From assembly GCF_009914755.1 (NCBI RefSeq), contig NC_060933.1: a DNA stretch of 64,000 nt. One strand, 5' to 3'. The stretch is from the human T2T-CHM13v2.0 reference genome, Homo sapiens. Positions within the stretch are counted from its first letter, which is position 1; every line of letters starts with the position of its first letter. Under the pieces are notes generated by a model. That model made no database searches. It saw only the letters and a program-made list of their open reading frames with translations, and had not been told where the DNA came from. Of this stretch, positions 57,471-64,000 are shown one piece after another. The translations under genes and the position numbers were made by a program.

Positions 57471-58108
57471 TTGGCTTAGATGGATGCTGCACTTTTGGCT
57501 CTTTGGGCTCCCCTTCCAAGCAAGCAAGTCCCCAGTTTCCACAATCATATTTGAAATGGATGCAATTAGATGTCGCCTAATTTACAGTCATGTTATTGTA
57601 CCCCCTTCCTGCATTTACATACAGGTGAACATACAGGTTATCTAAACTCTTTGTCACTCATTTACAGCGAATGTTTTGGCTTATTCCATGGAGAGTTAAT
57701 CACACTCATTCAGTAAAGATTTAGCTAATAGAAAGCTTGGCGAACAATCTTGGAGGCTTCTTCAATGATGTTTCCCACTCCCAACAGGATGCTTCTATGT
57801 TTATATTACCTAGGAGCTAAACGCCAGGCTTCTCTACAATATAATTCGGTTGCTCAGTGCTTTAATTAAAAGAGACCAGGGAAAAAATTCTGTTCCCACC
57901 ATTTTACCAGCTGTGTGTGTGACTTTAGGCAAGAGGTGTAACTCACTGGAGGCTTAGTCTCTGTTTTTCTGTAAAATAGGGATAACCATGTCTGATTTAC
58001 AGGATTGTTGGAAAGATAAAATACAGTGTGTAAAGTGCACAGCACTACTTTATGCATAACATCCTCAATAAATATATTAGTTCCCTTTCCCTTGTGATGC
58101 TACCATAC

Positions 58109-58202
58109 CCAAATAGCCATTGTGATGTTTCCTTTTCATGCACTTCAGCTTTTCTTTTTCTAAGTAGTTCTCTGTTTCTCAAACTCCAGGTTCCAATGAC
58201 TT
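58109..58202 (-). CDS. HEMGN: HEMGN coding exon 2 ([32 protein letters not shown])
   Basis: TTTTATTACAG| acceptor, |GTATGG donor. 94 nt, frame-compatible with both neighbours. Missed by the ORF track. Confidence 0.95.
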
Positions 58203-59151
58203 CTGTAATAAAATGAAAGTGATTAGAAAAAGTGATGAACTGTGGTGTCTATCAGCAAAAGTCCTGTAGCCAAGTGGCAGAGTCTCTGTTCTAGGTTTTT
58301 CTCCTAGCTTTTTGAGGACAAGGACTGCATCTCATTTATCCTTGTATCTCCAGAGAAAGCCTGGAAGCAGACATTCAGCAAATGTTTTTGAATGAAAAGG
58401 TCAGAGACCTACTCCTACATAGTATTTGTACATAAGTGTGCTACCAACCTATTAATTTCTTCAAAGTAATTTTATATATTGTACAAATAATGAAAAAAGT
58501 AGCCATATTTTGCTGTCTTTAACATGATAACTTGTTTTCATTTTATTCCTCACTTCTATCCAGTCTTTATATTACACAAAGTTGTAAGAATAGCATACCA
58601 CAATTTTAATCTTTTTATTAAGCTAGCGTTATATTAGAACTATTTTCCATGACGTAGTCTTCATAATGATAATTTTAATGACAATGTGATACATAGTCTA
58701 GTTGATGTACTCTCATTTACCCAATCATTCCTCTTGGATTGAGCATTTAGATTGTTGCTAGTTATCTTTGCCTTGTATATCAAATTATAATAAGCATATT
58801 CATTGCATATAGCTTTTCTTTGGTATTTTTTCCTTAGAACGGTGTTTTTTCAAGTTCTTTGGAAAATTAAGGGTTTGATCAAAAAAGTTTCTGCTGCTGT
58901 CTAAGGTTGAGAAAAATTGATGAGTCTTTGATGCAGAGCTTCCTAGAGCCTGTGAAGTGATACAAATCCACACTGGGACCTCTAAAGAATAGAGCATGCC
59001 CCTTGAACCATGGTGCCTCTTGTTCTTGGGATAAGGGTTCTTAATAGGAAAAATTATATCTTTATTTTTACCAACCTCTAATTAAAATTGACAGTTCCTT
59101 CAATTATGAATGTAGATAACAAACCACAGTAGTTTTGGCAGTATATGACTT

Positions 59152-59315
59152 TTTTTTCAACTTTTATTTTAAGTTCAGGGGTTCATGTGCAGGATATGCA
59201 GGTTTGTTACATAGGTATACATGTGCCATGGTGGTTTGCTGTGCAGATCATCCCATCACCTAGGTATTAAGCCCAGCATCTATTATCTATTCTTCCTGAT
59301 GCTCTCCCTCCCCCT
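59152..59315 (-). mobile_element. Short 5'-truncated L1PA-type 3' end with target-site duplication
   Basis: TTTAAGTTCAGGGGTTCATGTGCAGGATATGCAGGTTTGTTACATAGG. TSD CAG(T/C)ATATGACTT at 59139-59151 and 59316-59328. Confidence 0.85.
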
Positions 59316-59995
59316 CAGCATATGACTTGGTCCCTATAAAGAAATCACATATTTTTTTATCACATTATAGTTGTTGCAGATACCTTAAAATATCACCTAC
59401 TGGCTATGACTTATTTGACTTGATACTATTATTAGACCCACCACTGGATATTGTAATCTATAAATAATCATATATATTACTATATAATAATTTTTTATTT
59501 TGATATTTGTATCTTAATGTAATTATTCCCTTTCTAGTCTTATATATTTAATTTTATGCCTTTAAAAATTTTATTCAAAGAAGGAGTCTCTGGGTTCATC
59601 AGAATGCCAAAGAGATCCATGTAGCAAAAAAAATTTAAAACAATGTCTTAAGGTATCTCAAGGCCTAAGTTTCCACAAAACATTTTGAGAAATGTTGCTT
59701 TAGGATAGATCCAAGGACTGAGATTAGTGAGTCAAAAGAATAAGCAGTATTATAGCTCTCACCACTTATTGCCAGATCTCTTTCCAAACGTTAGACCAAA
59801 TTTGTGCTGCCATAGAAATGTATGAATCCACTTGTTTTACCACAGCCATCGAATGAAATTATTGGATGAACTAGTCTCATTAGCTTTCATTTATTTCCTT
59901 TTTTTTTTTTTTTGGCCAGATCCATTGAAAAGAGAAAATTATCATACCCCGAATTCTTCTCAACAGCCACCAGCTCTTAAGGTATTTTTCATTAC

Positions 59996-60074
59996 CTGGA
60001 GAATGGTTCTCTTCTTGATGAGGGTCAGGTGTCTGATGGTGCTTCAAATGAGATTGGTCCTTTCCCAAATCCAT
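59996..60074 (-). CDS. HEMGN: HEMGN (hemogen/EDAG) first coding exon (MDLGKDQSHLKHHQTPDPHQEENHSP)
   Basis: ATG 60074-60072 in AAGATGG context. Donor CAG|GTAATG. 79 nt. Confidence 0.95.
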
Positions 60075-60169
60075 CTTGCTGCAATACCTTCCTGCTATTT
60101 TGGTCTGACTTCCACAAGCAGCCTAGATGCTTTTTTAAAATATCAAAAACATCTAACACTTAAAAAAAA

Positions 60170-60335
60170 AAACCACACACACAAGTTTGCCTGTCACTTG
60201 ACTTCCCGCCTAAAAGTTTTATCTGGTTGGACCACAACTGCAGGCTAATTCTACTATCTTTATCACACTGCACAGGTGTGAGTAGGGGAAATGGCTGGTG
60301 CTAGCAACCCCTAGCATAGGTTGCTATTTATACAG
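60170..60335 (-). promoter_or_regulatory. HEMGN: HEMGN proximal haematopoietic promoter: three WGATAR sites, E-box, RUNX, MYB-like and MEIS-like motifs
   Basis: AGATAA 60224-60219, AGATAG 60259-60254, TGATAA 60265-60260, CACCTG 60278-60273, TGTGGT 60236-60231, CAACTG 60235-60240, TGACAG 60196-60191. Consistent with known GATA1 control of hemogen. Confidence 0.75.
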
Positions 60336-62859
60336 GGAAACTCTCTGACCACAGCCTGGCATGGCACAGCCTCTAGTCAGCACTCTTTTGGTTCTATCTG
60401 CCAGGAAGTGTCTGGATCCGATGTTCCTTTTTACAGATGGAGGTAGCCTAGTGTAGAAAGAACACAATCTAGGCCCCAACCAGCTCAGTGGCCCAGGGCA
60501 AGTCACCTCCCTTTTCTATGACTCTCTGCATTTGCAAAATGGGTAAATAATTCCTGTCTTGCCTACTTCATACGGTTCTTGTGAAAGTGAAAATAATAGA
60601 TATAAAAGTTTCTAGAAAGTGTGATATATATTAATCTTACATGGTTTCCTGTATGTAGCTTTTTTCACCTTAATCTGTTGCAAAATAATGTACAGTTTTG
60701 CTGTGTATGCTGTTAGACTTAGTTAAGAAATAGACATAAAGAACCAAATTAGAATTTCACAGCAATTTTGTACCCTTTTTGGCTCACCAAATCATTCGCA
60801 AGTGACTCAAGATAACTAGTGAAATCCATTGTTACTCATATAGGGGAAGGTGAAAAATTACTTCTTAATGAAAATATCACCACATTATATCCCAGAAATT
60901 AAGTTGAAATAATCAAAGGAACCATCCTATCTCCAAGCAGTAACCCCATTTGTGAAGACAAGGAGCCACAGACTACTATGGTTCAACTAAAGAAGAAACC
61001 CTGAGCACCTCCTGATACAGGAAGCCAGTCTGGGAGATGCAGGATTAATATATGTGTTCTGGATTCAGATTGAATTGAAGTGAGTTTGAATTCCAGTGTT
61101 GACATTCCCTAATTCAGTGACCTGAGGCAGGTTAGATAGCCTTGGAGTCAATTTACCTATCTATAACATGGGGACAATATTGGTATCTACCTCAGAAAGT
61201 TACTGGGATGATTAAGTCCAGTAATCCATATGAGGCATTTTATGTGTGCCTAGCATATTGAACTTGGTCAGTAAATGTTAGCTACCAATAAAAATACAGT
61301 AACCAGATTTTGGTAAAGCAAGTCATAGTTTAAATGCACTAAAGAGAGAATCTGAAGAGGATTCTTTATAAAGAAAGACCTTTGTAATGTGAATAGATAC
61401 CCACTACTTCCATGGAGTCTTAAGGCATTAGAACTGGAAGAGCCCAAAATCATCTAGTCCCTGCCTATTTTGTATACAAAGAAACTGAGAACCGAGGAGG
61501 AGAGTTACCTATACTTAGTATTTTATTACTTATTGCCAGCAGCATCTCTTACAGATTAGGAGATGGGTCATCATTTTGTGTGCTTGATCTTTCCTGGGTA
61601 TAAAAATGTGTGTATCATGTAAATATATTAGAGAAACAAGCTGTCAAACACACTAAAGGGTATCGAGAATGATATAACAAACACCCAAGTATCTGCCACT
61701 AAAATTTAACTTGGTTTTTAATTACTAAACCCTAATATTTAGCTTTACCTCTCTCAGTTCCCCAGTCCTTCTCTTAAGTAAATCTCTGTATCTAAAAGTT
61801 CAGGTAACTTCAGGGAGCCCCTGCTCAAAGGAATCCTGCACGGAACAGCAGGCATTATTTGCTTGAAAATTTTGGATTTTCAGATATGGGGTTTAAATAA
61901 CTCAAACTAACTTTAAAAATTACAAAATAGTGTTTTTTTAAATATTGGTCCCTTTAGTTGATATGTTTTAATTCTTATTAGTTAGGTTGTTTCTTACATT
62001 AGGATAGTTTAATAAAATAACATTATAGAATCCCTCTGGGACACCTTCAGTGGATGCAGAGGTACTTCTTGAATAAAATTGTCCTTACTAAGAGCTTGTA
62101 ACACCCAGTTCAACAATTCAGCAAATTTTACTTAATGCCCCCTCTTGTGCTGTAGAGACGGATGGTGCAGTTCCTGAGCCCTGTGCCCTGTAGGCTCATA
62201 GAGGAGAAAGTGTGTACATCTGTATTGCAAGGAAATAATAGATTCTTTATATCCTGCTACAACCTACCTAAGTCAATTCCACCCCTGCCCCATGTTCCCT
62301 GTATCTAGAAGCAGAGTGTGGAGGGACTGTAAGAGGGTGGGGTTTCAAGTTAACAGTAAATTGAAGGTAATATTGGGTGGAGGAGGCCAGTGGAGAGACA
62401 CTTTGGAGCAAACTAGATTGGAAGTCAGGCAAGGTGTCTCTGGCATGATAAACAGGCCAGAGTGGGAATTTGAGACAGAAGTAGCCTACAGTAAGTTTAC
62501 AAGCCACAGTTCATGGTCCCTTCTCTCTGTAGAAAATTCTAGTTAGAAATTTAGTTAGAATTCTCTAACTAGAATTTCCAGAATGTGTGTTAGGCATTAA
62601 AGTCCACATATTTTTTGACAAATGCTGCCTTGTTCTAGAGTTATTTGCATATATACATAAACCTCTCTCTAGGCCACAAACCCTTAGAGAGCAGATACAG
62701 CTCCTGATTCACTTTTCTGTCTCCACAGTATGATCCGGTGGGAGGCTTGGCTCACTGTAGTCCCCATAATCGCCCTCACTCCCTGCTTCATGAACATGCA
62801 GCCTGGGACAGTAATTTATACACTCAGGGCTTGATGCTGCTGTGACTTAATAATAGCAA

Positions 62860-63830
62860 TATCATCATCTGTGTCAGAGCTCTTTCTACTGTCATTCATT
62901 CTGTGCCCAGCGCAGTCCTATGTGTTAGAGATAGAGTAATTGAACAGCAAAGTCCCTGCCTTTATGAAACCTACATTTTAATGGGGAGAGATAAACAATA
63001 AGGAAATAAATAAAATATATAATGTGTCAGATGGTGATAAGTGCTTTGGAGAAAACTGAGCTGGGCATAATAGGATAAGAAAAAGGAGGTTGATGGTGGC
63101 TGCTATTTTAAATAGTGTGGTCAGAGAAGGCTTGACTGATAGGGTGACAGGTGAACAGAACTGATGGAGGTGAGAGGCCAGATATGCCATGCTGATATCT
63201 GGGAGGGCATTCCAGGTATAGGGGCACCAGCAAATGGCCCAAGGAGGGGAGTGTTAAGGAGGTGGGATCAGAGAAGAAGCCTATTATTGCCCCTTGTAGG
63301 ATTTCTACTCTGAGTGAGATGGGTAGTCATGGCATGGTTTTGGACAGAGGAGTGATACGATCTGACTTACATGTTTAAAGAATTATTCTGGCTACTATGT
63401 GGGACAGGGGCAGAGGAAGCAAGAAGAACAATCAGAATGGTATTGCAATGATCCAGATGAGAGATAATTAAGGTTTGGATGATGGCAGTGGTGAAGCCAT
63501 GGTCAGATTCTGGATTAACTTATAACTTGAATATGGGGTGAGACATAAAGAATCAAGATAAAGATTTGTTGTGAACAACTGGAAGGATGGAGTTAGCATT
63601 CACAGATCAGGAAGATTGGGAGAAGCAGGCTTGGAGGAGATGATCAAGAGTTTCATTTTGGATGTGCTAACAGGTTAGGGAGAAAACAGCAAAGGAGCAG
63701 CCAGTGAGGCAGAGGAAAACTGGAAAAATATAGTGTCTCGGAAGCCAAGAGGAAAGACTGTTTCAAGGAGGAGAGACTAATCCACTGTGTCAAACTTTGC
63801 TAAAGTAGAGGAAGGATTGAGAATTGTCCT
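62860..63830. mobile_element. L2 LINE fragment
   Basis: AAGTCCCTGCCTTTATGAAAC...GATCTGACTTACATGTTTAAAGAATTATTCTGGCT is typical L2 sequence. Confidence 0.7.
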
Positions 63831-64000
63831 AACAATTGATTTCCTAACAATTCAATTCATTTAAATTAATTATAGATTATGGAGGTGAAGTAACTTGGCC
63901 AAGGGCATGCAGATGAAACCAGCTATATAATTTTTGGGGGACCCATGGCAAAATGAAGACAGAGGGCTTCTCCTTCAAAAATTGCTAAGAATTTCAAGAT

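Overview
Human (primate) genomic DNA, Alu-rich. It is recognisable as the 9q22.33 TRMO (C9orf156)-HEMGN locus; by recalled gene order FOXE1 lies outside the window to the left. Two complete protein-coding genes lie on the minus strand. TRMO has 5 coding exons (26670-44430; 76+175+158+657+260 = 1326 nt = 441 aa) and a CpG-rich promoter at ~44.1-44.7 kb. HEMGN has 4 coding exons (49322-60074; 79+94+1187+95 = 1455 nt = 484 aa) and a GATA/E-box/RUNX-rich promoter. The most notable item missed by the ORF track is a decayed, intron-containing SPATA31/FAM75-family pseudogene on the plus strand (~11.4-15.6 kb), which carries a near-perfect CTCF motif in an intron. Other structure includes a ~200-bp non-Alu inverted duplication in a HEMGN intron, a U2-fragment/AluY nested insertion, a Y1 RNA pseudogene, a human-specific AluYb8 inside a Tigger1, uORFs in front of TRMO, and a CRE/E-box cluster in TRMO intron 1. 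Most short ORFs in the track are Alu/L1 read-through. Family assignments come from recalled sequences, not from database searches. I found no evidence for a wholly new biological system.
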